This document shows positions 1 through 9,026 of a stretch of 51,371 nucleotides of DNA, one piece after another. The position numbers and the translations under genes were made by a program. The notes beneath the pieces are model-generated. The model was not told where the DNA came from. It worked only from the letters and a program-made list of their open reading frames with translations, and made no database searches. This DNA comes from a virus. Lineage: Duplodnaviria > Caudoviricetes. The stretch spans positions 1 through 51,371 of the IMG/VR virus record IMGVR_UViG_3300037801_000099; one strand, written 5' to 3'. Numbering within the stretch: position 1 is the stretch's first letter; every line of letters starts with the position of its first letter.

Positions 1-108
1 AATGAAGGCAGATGCGACGAACCTCTAATCGGTTACGAGGAAGAGCTGTTAAGGCATCTCGATCATCTCGTTCTGGAATACGACTATCAGCAGGGAGGTG
101 CGTCATGA
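1..108 (+). CDS. Hypothetical protein, 5'-truncated
   Basis: Frame 1 open from base 1 to TGA at 106-108, overlapping the next ATG (ATGA). Confidence 0.5.
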   Translation, partial: NEGRCDEPLIGYEEELLRHLDHLVLEYDYQQGGAS

Positions 109-413
109 ACATGACCCGCGAACAACGAACCGCGCTCCGTATAGCTCGAGCAAATAACGAGTTTGATGAAATACGTGAATCCCTCCCAGAGGGTTTCCAC
201 GTTGGATACATCGGCAATTGTGGGTACGTCGGCAATACGTACATCGATGATCGTGCTTGGGCTATCTACAGAGAGCATGACGAGCAACGTCCGTACCAAA
301 GCAAAGACTGGATCGGCAGAGCACGCCATGCAGAACGGTACAAACTCAATAAATACATCAACTTAATCCGTTGGGCACACGGTGAAGAGGTATATGCAAA
401 TGCAGATTCATAG
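105..413 (+). CDS. Hypothetical early protein
   Basis: GGAGG RBS before ATG 105; ORF in track. Confidence 0.7.
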   Translation: MNMTREQRTALRIARANNEFDEIRESLPEGFHVGYIGNCGYVGNTYIDDRAWAIYREHDEQRPYQSKDWIGRARHAERYKLNKYINLIRWAHGEEVYANADS

Positions 414-642
414 CAAAGAAATCATTTCGTCTTTGGAAGCAAAGATCGCAAGTCACGCAGATCCCAAGGAGGAGGATCTGCTCGTCTCAGCAATGGGCGT
501 CATGGAGACATGCGCCCCGTACGTCGGTCAGATGTGCGCGGAGTATCTCGATGGTGAGTGGGTGTGGCAACCGTACGGCAGGCTCAGCGATTACATGGGC
601 AGTGTCGAAGAAGCTCAAGCTCAATTGGAGGAATGGTCATGA
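394..642 (+). CDS. Hypothetical early protein
   Basis: GAGG RBS before ATG 394; coupled to neighbours. Confidence 0.7.
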   Translation: MQMQIHSKEIISSLEAKIASHADPKEEDLLVSAMGVMETCAPYVGQMCAEYLDGEWVWQPYGRLSDYMGSVEEAQAQLEEWS

Positions 643-794
643 AAACTCAAAGCTCATTCTCAAGCTCAATGCGTCGTGCTTGGCGGCGCTGGCAGCCAAT
701 CTTCGACGCAATTGGATCAGCCGCGCTAGTAGTGCTGTTAATCCCTGTGGTTGCGTTTCTTCTCACACTCTTTGTTGTGATCGCACAGCAATAA
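639..794 (+). CDS. Small membrane protein (51 aa)
   Basis: GGAGG RBS, ATGA overlap; basic N-terminus then a hydrophobic helix (AALVVLLIPVVAFLLTLFVVIA). Confidence 0.65.
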   Translation: MKTQSSFSSSMRRAWRRWQPIFDAIGSAALVVLLIPVVAFLLTLFVVIAQQ

Positions 795-816
795 ATTAAT
801 CAAGCAGTACACCGAA

Positions 817-858
817 GCCGATTCGGTAACCACACACGTGGTTACCGGTCGGTTTTTT
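817..858 (+). terminator. Long hairpin plus U-tract (intrinsic terminator)
   Basis: GCCGATTCGGTAACCAC-ACAC-GTGGTTACCGGTCGGT followed by a T run. Confidence 0.75.
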
Positions 859-916
859 CTATGTCAGTGGCAATTCAGTCACTGCATTTAATTAATTACG
901 TCCTTTGGAGGGCAAT

Positions 917-1603
917 ATGGAACATTCTACTTTTATCTCACAAGTTATCACCAACATGACTTCGAACAAAAACCGCAACGGCAAAATCGCGGAGTTGGTT
1001 GATTCAGCAGAGCACAAGCTCCCTGCGAACCGCATAGCAGTTACTTGGGAAGCTCTGAAAACTCAGCGGCAGGAAGCCAAGATCGACGCAGTGAAATCTG
1101 GCGTGCCTGCTCCAGAAATGGAGGTCAAGCCCGAGCACCTGTTGAGCTTCGTTCAGCAAGTGATGAATAACTGCTGTTGGGCGGCTCGTCGCGTAGCGAA
1201 CTCAGGCCGTCAGAAAGATCAAGCTAACGGCTTGGATTTCTCGCAGTCCGTTGCAGAGCAGGCGGGCCAGCTCGAGGGTGCGCGGCTTAAAGATGTAGAA
1301 GCTACGTTGATGGATGACTTCGGCATTCTAAATGAGCTCCACTCTTGGCTCTGCGGTGAAATGAACTACATGAGCGATCTCGATCCGTTGTTCTTGTACG
1401 CAGAGAAGGTTTGCGTTGATGAGGACCAGCAGGTGTACGAGCACACTCATATGCTCATGGACTTCAATGACATGATGGCTGTTCTGGAAGAGAAGTCCAA
1501 GGAACTTGGCGATCTGAAAGCTAAGCAGACTCGCGAGCACGCAGCTACTCACGTGTTCGGTGCGAAGCAGAAGGCCAAAAAGCCAGCCAAGAAAGCTGCA
1601 TAA
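917..1603 (+). CDS. Hypothetical protein with Lys/Ala-rich C-terminal tail
   Basis: GGAGG RBS before ATG 917; ends KQKAKKPAKKAA. Confidence 0.85.
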   Translation: MEHSTFISQVITNMTSNKNRNGKIAELVDSAEHKLPANRIAVTWEALKTQRQEAKIDAVKSGVPAPEMEVKPEHLLSFVQQVMNNCCWAARRVANSGRQKDQANGLDFSQSVAEQAGQLEGARLKDVEATLMDDFGILNELHSWLCGEMNYMSDLDPLFLYAEKVCVDEDQQVYEHTHMLMDFNDMMAVLEEKSKELGDLKAKQTREHAATHVFGAKQKAKKPAKKAA

Positions 1604-1617
1604 AGTTTCTCCCCTAC

Positions 1618-1652
1618 GCCCATCCGATCCTTGTGGTCGGGTGGGTTTTTTT
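1618..1652 (+). terminator. Intrinsic terminator
   Basis: GCCCATCCGATC-loop-GGTCGGGTGGGT followed by a T run. Confidence 0.85.
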
Positions 1653-1719
1653 ATGTCCGCCACTGGTCTCAGGGGCTCAAGGGACTTTATCGAATGGTAG
1701 CAACCCACGAATCACGAGA

Positions 1720-1918
1720 GGAGAAAGCCCATGAAAAACAACGATTGGGAAATGAAGTTCCCCGATGTGTCCTTCACGGACAAGGTAGCGATCCACTTTG
1801 AAGATGGATCAGTTCTTGAATTGAAGCACTTGTACCACGACGACTCTGCTCTAAACACAGTCTTCTGGGAAAACGTAGTCGACTGCCACGAAATCTAACG
1901 GAGAAAGCCCATGAAAAA
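1720..1918 (+). repeat. 19-bp direct repeat GGAGAAAGCCCATGAAAAA at 1720-1738 and 1900-1918
   Basis: Identical RBS+start blocks 180 bp apart. Confidence 0.9.
1731..1898 (+). CDS. Small hypothetical protein (55 aa, MKNNDWEMKFPDV...)
   Basis: Read by hand; AGGAG RBS; below the ORF-track cutoff. Confidence 0.7.
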   Translation: MKNNDWEMKFPDVSFTDKVAIHFEDGSVLELKHLYHDDSALNTVFWENVVDCHEI

Positions 1919-2087
1919 ACTAAATGATATCGACAGAGAAGAAATCTCTGCGCGAATGAAATTGTATGCGTCGTTAGGAGCTGCAGCAGTAAGCGCCGCG
2001 TCGGCGTCGGTCTTTACCTGGCTGGCCAAACGTTGCGACGCAATGCATACCTATTTCTTAGCTAAATCTGCCCATTACCGGAGGTAA
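1911..2087 (+). CDS. Small hypothetical protein (58 aa, MKKLNDIDREEIS...), possible TM segment
   Basis: Read by hand; GGAG RBS. Confidence 0.65.
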   Translation: MKKLNDIDREEISARMKLYASLGAAAVSAASASVFTWLAKRCDAMHTYFLAKSAHYRR

Positions 2088-2089
2088 CT

Positions 2090-2380
2090 ATGGCTATTTT
2101 CAAAGAAGAGTTCCCGTTCAACGAACTCAGAATGCCTGACGGTGACTACTACCAAACCATCGAACAGATGGAACGTGCTGGTTTTGAACCCAACCAAATG
2201 TGGTCAGTAGTTGAAGCCGAAAGCGACGACGGTAGCGAATGGTACATCTACGGCCCGCGGCACCACCGCGTGAACCGCATGTATTACGTCGCGACCGCTG
2301 AATACCACGACGGTGAAACCTACTACGAAGAATGTGTCAAAGAGCCCGATCCATTCTTCTGCCCATCATGTGACGACTAA
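2090..2380 (+). CDS. Hypothetical protein
   Basis: GGAGG RBS; acidic 96-aa ORF ending in CxxC. Confidence 0.8.
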   Translation: MAIFKEEFPFNELRMPDGDYYQTIEQMERAGFEPNQMWSVVEAESDDGSEWYIYGPRHHRVNRMYYVATAEYHDGETYYEECVKEPDPFFCPSCDD

Positions 2381-2395
2381 TAAGAGGAACAAGTC

Positions 2396-2638
2396 ATGGA
2401 AACAGCTGAAACCGAATCTGTTCAGTTCGCTGAGCGAGTGCACAAACTACGCGAAAAAATCATGTACGCCCTGCCTGAAGAAGCAGACACCCATGAAGTA
2501 GTTCTTGCAGGACTCACGTTGTTTTTCCAAGCAGCTTATTACTGCTCGGATAACAACTTCGAAGCAGTCGAGAGAATGACGCGCGACTGTATGGAACTGG
2601 CTCAAGCGATGAATGAAGCCGACGAAACCGTTCACTAA
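2396..2638 (+). CDS. Hypothetical protein
   Basis: GAGG RBS; ORF in track. Confidence 0.75.
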   Translation: METAETESVQFAERVHKLREKIMYALPEEADTHEVVLAGLTLFFQAAYYCSDNNFEAVERMTRDCMELAQAMNEADETVH

Positions 2639-2643
2639 CTCAT

Positions 2644-2822
2644 GGGGTAGGGCCCAAATCGTGAGGCTGTGAGATCTCGCCTCCCCTATTCAACGTGTGG
2701 CGGTCACCGCACGATTTAGTTTCGATGCTTACTACGTTACTCCCCCGTAATTTTTTGTCAGTAGCGCAGTACGTCAAATACGGGGCCCGTAATTAGCATA
2801 CGTCAAATCGAAACATGACCCC
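2644..2822 (+). ncRNA. Putative structured RNA / leader upstream of the HTH gene
   Basis: Nested complementary segments 2644-48/2818-22, 2656-63/2710-17, 2719-26/2807-14, 2743-49/2779-85; no ORF. Confidence 0.5.
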
Positions 2823-2852
2823 TAATCACTAACCAACAAACAGGAGGCAGTT

Positions 2853-3248
2853 ATGCCCTCAACTAACTATCGCCAACAGAAAGTTGGCAGAAATTTTGAA
2901 ACCGCAATCGCTAACGCAGACATAACCCGTGCCGAGCTAGCTGAAATGCTAGGCGTTCACCAGACCTCGTTCACCTATTGGTACAAGCGTGGCGTCACAG
3001 CTGATTACGCGAAACAAGTTGCTGATCTGCTCGACCTCGATGTCAACGAAATTATGTCTACACACAAGCGTAAGCCTAAAAAGCTCTTTGTCGATGAGCT
3101 TCGTGAGTCAAAAGTAAAACTCCCTCGCCCCGAACCACGGACCGTGAACATGGAGCTTTTAGCAATTGTCGCGAAGATGCGTCTCTCGGCGCAGCAGGAA
3201 GCGACGCTTCATTCACTCGCTCTCACATTCTTGGGCGAAGAGTCATGA
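2853..3248 (+). CDS. XRE/Cro-type helix-turn-helix regulator
   Basis: ITRAELAEMLGVHQTSFTYW HTH pattern; AGGAGG RBS. Confidence 0.85.
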   Translation: MPSTNYRQQKVGRNFETAIANADITRAELAEMLGVHQTSFTYWYKRGVTADYAKQVADLLDLDVNEIMSTHKRKPKKLFVDELRESKVKLPRPEPRTVNMELLAIVAKMRLSAQQEATLHSLALTFLGEES

Positions 3249-3421
3249 GCATCCAAGAGCTTATCAATGCGTTGCAAAACGCAATCACTGTCGACAATTA
3301 CGACCCAGAAACGCCAGTGCAAATAGATATGGAAACCGACACGTACTGGAATATTTCAGTGGACGCATCAGCAATATCTGAACCGCGCTCACTTGCTATT
3401 AACGTGGAGAACGAATCATGA
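3245..3421 (+). CDS. Small hypothetical protein (58 aa, MSIQELINALQNA...)
   Basis: Read by hand; ATGA overlaps at both ends. Confidence 0.65.
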   Translation: MSIQELINALQNAITVDNYDPETPVQIDMETDTYWNISVDASAISEPRSLAINVENES

Positions 3422-3609
3422 GCCGCATGCCCTGCAGTATCACCGACGGACCGCAGTACGACGACGATGATTTCAAAACGCCAACGTACGAACGCGACCC
3501 TGACGACGCCTACGACGAATGGCGTCTAACCCAAATCCGTAACCCGAAAACCGGAAACCTTGAACCGTTAATCACACCTCATGTAGGAGATAAAGATGAG
3601 AACCATTAG
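3418..3609 (+). CDS. Small acidic hypothetical protein
   Basis: GGAG RBS; coupled overlap. Confidence 0.65.
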   Translation: MSRMPCSITDGPQYDDDDFKTPTYERDPDDAYDEWRLTQIRNPKTGNLEPLITPHVGDKDENH

Positions 3610-4594
3610 ACCAAGTGATCTCACAGCAGAGATCAAAGCCAACGCACTCGCTGGCATACCAACGATGATCTGGGGCGGCCCAGGCGAAGGTAAGTCAGAG
3701 ATCGTGTATGGCGTAGCTAAAGAAATGAACGCCAAGCTGTTTGAAATACGCGCCAACCTGTTTGACCCAGTTGACGTACGTGGTGGCTTAAAAGTTGTCG
3801 AGCAAGAAGACGGCACGTACCGCACTCGGTACGGTGTGCCTGAAGACTATCCCGACTCTAACTACCAAGGCACTGTAATCATCTTCATTGATGAGCTCAG
3901 TACCGCACCCAAAGCCACTCAAAACTCACTGTTGCAACTTCTTACTACTCGTAAGATTGGTACGTATGAGTGTCCCAAAGACACCATCTTCATTGCAGCT
4001 GGTAACCGCGCAATCGACCGCGCTGCAGTTCACGAAATGCCGACGCCTGTGAAGAACCGCTTCAGTCACTTCACCCTCGAGGCAAACATCGACGATTGGG
4101 TAGCGTGGGCAGTTAACTCGCACATCGATCCGTCAATCGTGAGCTTCCTGCGTTACCGCCCGCAGCTCCTGAGCGACGCAGACGCAACACAGAATGCGTT
4201 CCCGACGCCTCGTGCCTGGGATTACGTCAGCCGCAAACTACCGTTTATGTCTGATGAGTTCTACGGTGTTGCATCACTCGTCGGTGACGGGCCCGCTGGT
4301 GAATACATCGCATTCAAGCAGATCTACCAAGAAGTGCCTGACATCGATGTCATCCTCGAAAAGCCAACCACCACCCGCGTACCAACTGGCACCTCAGTAC
4401 TGTACGCAGTTTGTGGCGCACTGACTGCTCGCGTCGATGCAGACAACTTCGAAGCAGTAATGAAATACGCGAAACGCATGCCACCTGAGTATCAGGTAAT
4501 TGTTGTTCGTGACTCACTCGCAAAGGATCGCTCGCTCATGCAAACCGAGCACTTCACCAAATGGACTCAAGAAAATGCTGACGTTTTACTATAG
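3596..4594 (+). CDS. MoxR-like AAA+ ATPase
   Basis: Walker A GGPGEGKS, Walker B IIFIDE, AAGN sensor, NRF arginine finger, TPRAW. Confidence 0.92.
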   Translation: MRTIRPSDLTAEIKANALAGIPTMIWGGPGEGKSEIVYGVAKEMNAKLFEIRANLFDPVDVRGGLKVVEQEDGTYRTRYGVPEDYPDSNYQGTVIIFIDELSTAPKATQNSLLQLLTTRKIGTYECPKDTIFIAAGNRAIDRAAVHEMPTPVKNRFSHFTLEANIDDWVAWAVNSHIDPSIVSFLRYRPQLLSDADATQNAFPTPRAWDYVSRKLPFMSDEFYGVASLVGDGPAGEYIAFKQIYQEVPDIDVILEKPTTTRVPTGTSVLYAVCGALTARVDADNFEAVMKYAKRMPPEYQVIVVRDSLAKDRSLMQTEHFTKWTQENADVLL

Positions 4595-4603
4595 GAGGTA
4601 AAC

Positions 4604-5314
4604 ATGGCTTCAGTAAGAATGACCAATGAACTGCGAGACACTATCCGTCGCAACGCAGAAAATGCATACGACTTAGCTAACCCCGAACCCAAACCAAGTA
4701 CCGAGTACATAGATCGCGTACGTAAAGCCGTAATCAACAGCCCCGCACAAAAGTTCTTGAAAGATATGGCAGAGCTTGGCGCAGAACGCGGGATCACTAA
4801 GCTGGAAAATGGCAAACAGAAAATCGTGCCATTTGCTAACAAAGATCCAATCACTGGCGTCGACCTAAAACGTAAAGCTCCCAGTCAAGGTAACCCATTG
4901 CACGCTGAGCGACACACCATCAAGTTCGCTACTCAAATGCACAAGTACTACGTCACCGAAGAAAACTACAACCGTTGGGGCAACCCAGACGTTTGGGTAG
5001 AAGACTTCGAAGATGACGACCGTCTTGAGATTATGGACCTGTTTGCTAAGCACGAAGCTGCACACGACACTTGGTTTGGCGAAAAACAATCTTACGAAAG
5101 AAGCATCAGAGATCTGCTCGATAGCGTAACAACGCTCAAGCAGCTTTTTGAAATCTGGCCAGCCGCAGAATCACTTGTGCCTGCTGACAAGATTCAAAAG
5201 ATGCACACCAAAGAAAACCGTAAGCAACAAGCACAACGAGTCAGAGAAGAAGTCAACTTTGACCCGACCATCGCTAACCAAGCAGTACTCACGGCTAAAA
5301 TGCTAGGAGGTTAA
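4604..5314 (+). CDS. Nmad5-like (nucleotide modification-associated domain 5) protein
   Basis: N-terminal RMTNELRD and C-terminal LLDSVTTLKQLFEIWPAAESLVP resemble Nmad5 family signatures (from memory). Confidence 0.6.
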   Translation: MASVRMTNELRDTIRRNAENAYDLANPEPKPSTEYIDRVRKAVINSPAQKFLKDMAELGAERGITKLENGKQKIVPFANKDPITGVDLKRKAPSQGNPLHAERHTIKFATQMHKYYVTEENYNRWGNPDVWVEDFEDDDRLEIMDLFAKHEAAHDTWFGEKQSYERSIRDLLDSVTTLKQLFEIWPAAESLVPADKIQKMHTKENRKQQAQRVREEVNFDPTIANQAVLTAKMLGG

Positions 5315-5315
5315 T

Positions 5316-6416
5316 ATGTCCGCCGAAAGCGACATGCTCAAAGCTCGGGCTCAACTGCTAATGGATCAGCCGTTCTTCGGCACATTAGCGTTGAAACTCA
5401 AGCTGGTGCAAGACGACGAAGGCTGTGATACAGCCGCTACCGATGGTACGCGGCTCGTATACAACAGTAAGTTCGTCAGTAAGCTCGACACCGTTACACG
5501 CAAAGGTCTCATTGCGCACGAAGTAATGCATTGTGTGTTCAACCACATGACGCGTCGTCAGCAACGGGACCCTAAGCTGTGGAACATCGCCACTGACTTT
5601 GCCATCAACCTTCACCTTCTAGACTGTGGCTTCGTGCTACCCGAAGGTGGTCTTGTCGATAAGCAGTACAAAGACATGTCTGCCGAAGCGATCTACAACA
5701 AGCTCGACAAAGACAACCCGCCCAAACAATGCCCTTGGGGCATGGTTATGGACGCAGGCGCAGGCCAAGTGCAAACAGGAAGCAACGCAGCGATGGAGTC
5801 CGACTGGCAAATAGCTGTGACTCAGGCGGCTGAAGTTGCCAAACAAGCAGGCAAGCTCCCTGGTCAGATGGAAAACTTCATCCGAGACATCGTCAAACCC
5901 GTCGTTGATTGGCGGAGTGTGTTGTGGCCTTTCTGTACGTCGCTTACTCGTGACGATTACAGCTGGCGCAAACCACACCGCGCATACATCAGTGAAGACG
6001 AGTACCTACCGTCGATGCTCAACGAAGCTGCAGGCCACGTCGCAGTCATCATTGATTCGTCTGGTTCTTGTCAGGATTACTGGGAACAGTTCCTTGGCGA
6101 AATGTCTGCTATCCATTCAGAACTGCGACCATCTCAGATGACAATCATCCATTGCGACTACGACGTAGCACATGTTGATGAGGTCGACCCTGACGACCAG
6201 TTCCCAATGACGCCCATTAAAGGCGGCGGTGGCACTGCGTTCAAACCAGCGTTTGATTACATCAATGAGCATCATCCGGAAGTAGAAGCGGCTGTGTATC
6301 TAACGGACCTCGAGTCACACGACTTCGGTGACGAGCCACCCTACCCTGTTCTTTGGGTTTCTACGGAGAGACACGACGCCCCTTGGGGACAAACCTGTTA
6401 TATTCAGCTTGATTAG
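5316..6416 (+). CDS. DUF2201-type metallopeptidase + VWA domain protein
   Basis: TAATDG and HEVMH (HExxH) N-domain; MIDAS DSSGS, GGGGTAF, LTD. Confidence 0.9.
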   Translation: MSAESDMLKARAQLLMDQPFFGTLALKLKLVQDDEGCDTAATDGTRLVYNSKFVSKLDTVTRKGLIAHEVMHCVFNHMTRRQQRDPKLWNIATDFAINLHLLDCGFVLPEGGLVDKQYKDMSAEAIYNKLDKDNPPKQCPWGMVMDAGAGQVQTGSNAAMESDWQIAVTQAAEVAKQAGKLPGQMENFIRDIVKPVVDWRSVLWPFCTSLTRDDYSWRKPHRAYISEDEYLPSMLNEAAGHVAVIIDSSGSCQDYWEQFLGEMSAIHSELRPSQMTIIHCDYDVAHVDEVDPDDQFPMTPIKGGGGTAFKPAFDYINEHHPEVEAAVYLTDLESHDFGDEPPYPVLWVSTERHDAPWGQTCYIQLD

Positions 6417-6445
6417 TTGAACTAATATATTAGCGATAGTACTAT
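6411..6445 (+). promoter_or_regulatory. Sigma70 promoter (TTGAAC-N17-TACTAT) overlapped by operator(s)
   Basis: -35 at 6417-22, -10 at 6440-45; GATTAG-TTGAA-CTAATA at 6411-27 and degenerate TATTAG-CGATA-GTACTA at 6428-44. Confidence 0.75.
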
Positions 6446-6465
6446 TTCGCTCTTACTAGGAGAGT

Positions 6466-6828
6466 ATGATGAGTATTAATGACGCCACACCACGCGAATG
6501 GGACCGCTCAACAAAGACCCAAACCCCTCATGGCGATGCAATCGCCGAACTTGAACGATACGTCGACCCCTACGACATATTGCCTGAAGACATAGACCCA
6601 GTCAGTGCACCCCCGCACTACAACACTGGGAACATTGAGTGCATCGACGCAATTCAAGAGTCAATGGCACCAGAGTCCTTCAAAGGATACTGCAAAGGAA
6701 ACGCACTGAAGTACATCTGGAGAATGTCTTACAAAGGCAAGCCAGTCGAAGATCTTCGAAAAGCTATCTGGTACATCGAGCGCCTCATTGAAGCGGAACT
6801 AGCTGACCCAACAATACCGCCGAAATGA
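6466..6828 (+). CDS. DUF3310 family protein (T7 gp1.7 nucleotide kinase-like)
   Basis: DPVSAPPHY..IECIDAI..GNALKYIWR..K..EDLRKAIWYI. Confidence 0.88.
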   Translation: MMSINDATPREWDRSTKTQTPHGDAIAELERYVDPYDILPEDIDPVSAPPHYNTGNIECIDAIQESMAPESFKGYCKGNALKYIWRMSYKGKPVEDLRKAIWYIERLIEAELADPTIPPK

Positions 6829-7052
6829 TTGGCACTCTGTTTACAGATATCGAAGCCGCTGTCGAAGAAGGACACTTTATACAAAACAAGCTAGGTAAGA
6901 CTGCTTACTTAGCTTGTGACAGACAACGCAACCTCTATGTCTTTACTCATGAAGAGCTCAAGGCATTCAAAAAGAAGACAACAGTCTTAGAAATTTTCCA
7001 CCCTGGAGGGCGCTTAAATGAATACGAAGGATTACTTCCAAGCTATACCTAG
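6825..7052 (+). CDS. Hypothetical protein
   Basis: ATGA-coupled ORF. Confidence 0.7.
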   Translation: MIGTLFTDIEAAVEEGHFIQNKLGKTAYLACDRQRNLYVFTHEELKAFKKKTTVLEIFHPGGRLNEYEGLLPSYT

Positions 7053-7221
7053 TCTAGAAGAAGACCAGCTACACCCCGAGTTCCACACCTATACCGCCGT
7101 ATGGATGAAGTCGCGGATGCCTGACGCCTACAACGAACTCAAGGCCCGCTTCAAAGCTATCGAAAGTGAAGTCATGGCGCAGTACGCATGTGACGACGCT
7201 AACTCGGAGCTACCGTTCTAA
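7018..7221 (+). CDS. Hypothetical protein
   Basis: GGAGG RBS; TAATG coupling to the polymerase gene. Confidence 0.7.
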   Translation: MNTKDYFQAIPSLEEDQLHPEFHTYTAVWMKSRMPDAYNELKARFKAIESEVMAQYACDDANSELPF

Positions 7222-9023
7222 TGATCATAACTCTCGACTTTGAAACCTATTACGACAAACAACTGTCACTAACTAAAATGACCACGATGGACTACGTCCG
7301 ACACGAGAAGTTCAAAGTGTGGGGCGTAGGCATCAAAATAAATCATGACGAAACCGAATGGTATGGCGAGGATGAATGCGAAGACGCGCTGCGGGCCCTG
7401 GACTGGAACGACGCAACGCTTATCTGCCACAACACACCATTCGATGGTTATATTTTAACCAGATACTACGGACTAACACCGAAGTATTACGTCGATACCG
7501 CGGCAATCAGTCGCGGCCTGTTCCCTAGCCAGAGCGCCCGTCTTAAAGATTGCGCAATACGTGCGTTCCCTGACGACGAACACATGCGTAAAGGTGAAGA
7601 GCTCGCTGATGCCAAAGGTATCTACGACCTCGACCCCGAGCTCGAGGAGTCTATTGCAGGTTACTGCATACAAGATGTCGACTTAACGCATGCAATCTAC
7701 CTTGCTTGGGTACACAAGATGCCGCAGTCAGAGATGGACCTCATCGATATGACGTGCCGTATGTTCTGTGAACCAAAGCTGACCGTGAACCGCGAAGCAC
7801 TAATCACGTTTCGTGATGAACAGATCGCTCACAGTGCGTCGCTCATAGATGCAGCAGGCGTCGACCGCAAAGTGCTCAGCTCGAATCAACAGTTCTCTAA
7901 CTACATATATGAGCTGGGTATCGTACCGCCAACAAAGATCAGCCCTACCACTGGTGAAGATATCCCTGCTCTCGGTAAAAACGACAAGGCATATCAGCAG
8001 ATGTGCAACATGTATCCCCAGTTTCAACACATATGGGATGCCCGCAAAGCAGTAAAGAGTCGCATCAACGAGACCAGGGCCCAGCGCTTCATCGACGCAA
8101 CGCATGACGACGGCACCATCAGCGTACCGTTGCGTTACTACGCTGCCCATACCGGACGCTTCGGTGGTACTGAAAAGATCAACATGCAAAACATGCCGCG
8201 CAACTCAGAGCTCCGCAAAGCGTTGTGCGCACCCGAGGGGTCCCTCGTGTTTGTTGCTGACTTATCAAACATCGAAGCGCGCATGCTTGCGTGGCTCGCA
8301 GACGAACAAGATCTACTCGATCAGTTCCGCAATGGCGACGACATATATAGCAACCTTGCGTCTGTCATCTACGACCGACCAATAAACAAGCACGACGACC
8401 CGACGGAACGCTTCGTCGGCAAGACAGCTGTACTTGGTCTAGGTTATGGAATGGGTGCGCCCAAGTTCAAATCCACACTCGAGGCTGGTGCAATGGGCCC
8501 ACCCATGACGTTTACCGATGATGAAGCGTACAACGTAGTAACTACATACCGTAGTACATACTCAGGTATACCTTTGTTATGGCAAAAGCTAGAACTCAAG
8601 CTAGCCAACACGATAACCAGACAAGATGAAGACTGGCACGGTCTCAGATTCGCAGACCGCAAGATACATCTACCTAACGGTATGGCTCTGCACTACAACA
8701 ATCTGCGATATGAGCAGGGTAAGCTCGTATATGACGGTGCCCGCCACAAAGAATCTACATGGGGCGGACGCATCGCAGAAAACGTAGTGCAAGCCTTATC
8801 AAGAATCATCGTGACCGATGCAATGCTTCGTATCCAGAAAGATCCGGATTTAGACGCACAAGTCGTGCTCACTGTCCATGATGAGATAGTAATAATTAGC
8901 CAAGCTAATAACCCTGATGATACAATGGACAAACTTATCGCCCATATGTGTACACCTCCAGACTGGGCGACAGACATTCCCCTTGATGCCGAAGGGGGTT
9001 ACGACGTTAGTTACAGCAAATGA
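7221..9023 (+). CDS. polA: Family A DNA polymerase with 3'-5' exonuclease domain
   Basis: ExoI LDFETY; HTGR; motif A DLSNIEAR; motif B RFVGKTAVLGLGYG; motif C VHDE. Confidence 0.96.
   Translation: MIITLDFETYYDKQLSLTKMTTMDYVRHEKFKVWGVGIKINHDETEWYGEDECEDALRALDWNDATLICHNTPFDGYILTRYYGLTPKYYVDTAAISRGLFPSQSARLKDCAIRAFPDDEHMRKGEELADAKGIYDLDPELEESIAGYCIQDVDLTHAIYLAWVHKMPQSEMDLIDMTCRMFCEPKLTVNREALITFRDEQIAHSASLIDAAGVDRKVLSSNQQFSNYIYELGIVPPTKISPTTGEDIPALGKNDKAYQQMCNMYPQFQHIWDARKAVKSRINETRAQRFIDATHDDGTISVPLRYYAAHTGRFGGTEKINMQNMPRNSELRKALCAPEGSLVFVADLSNIEARMLAWLADEQDLLDQFRNGDDIYSNLASVIYDRPINKHDDPTERFVGKTAVLGLGYGMGAPKFKSTLEAGAMGPPMTFTDDEAYNVVTTYRSTYSGIPLLWQKLELKLANTITRQDEDWHGLRFADRKIHLPNGMALHYNNLRYEQGKLVYDGARHKESTWGGRIAENVVQALSRIIVTDAMLRIQKDPDLDAQVVLTVHDEIVIISQANNPDDTMDKLIAHMCTPPDWATDIPLDAEGGYDVSYSK
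8894..8910. promoter_or_regulatory. Near-perfect 17-bp operator AATTAG-CCAAG-CTAATA inside the polA 3' end
   Basis: One mismatch to TATTAG-N5-CTAATA; about 115 bp upstream of csrA. Confidence 0.55.
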
Positions 9024-9026
9024 TTT

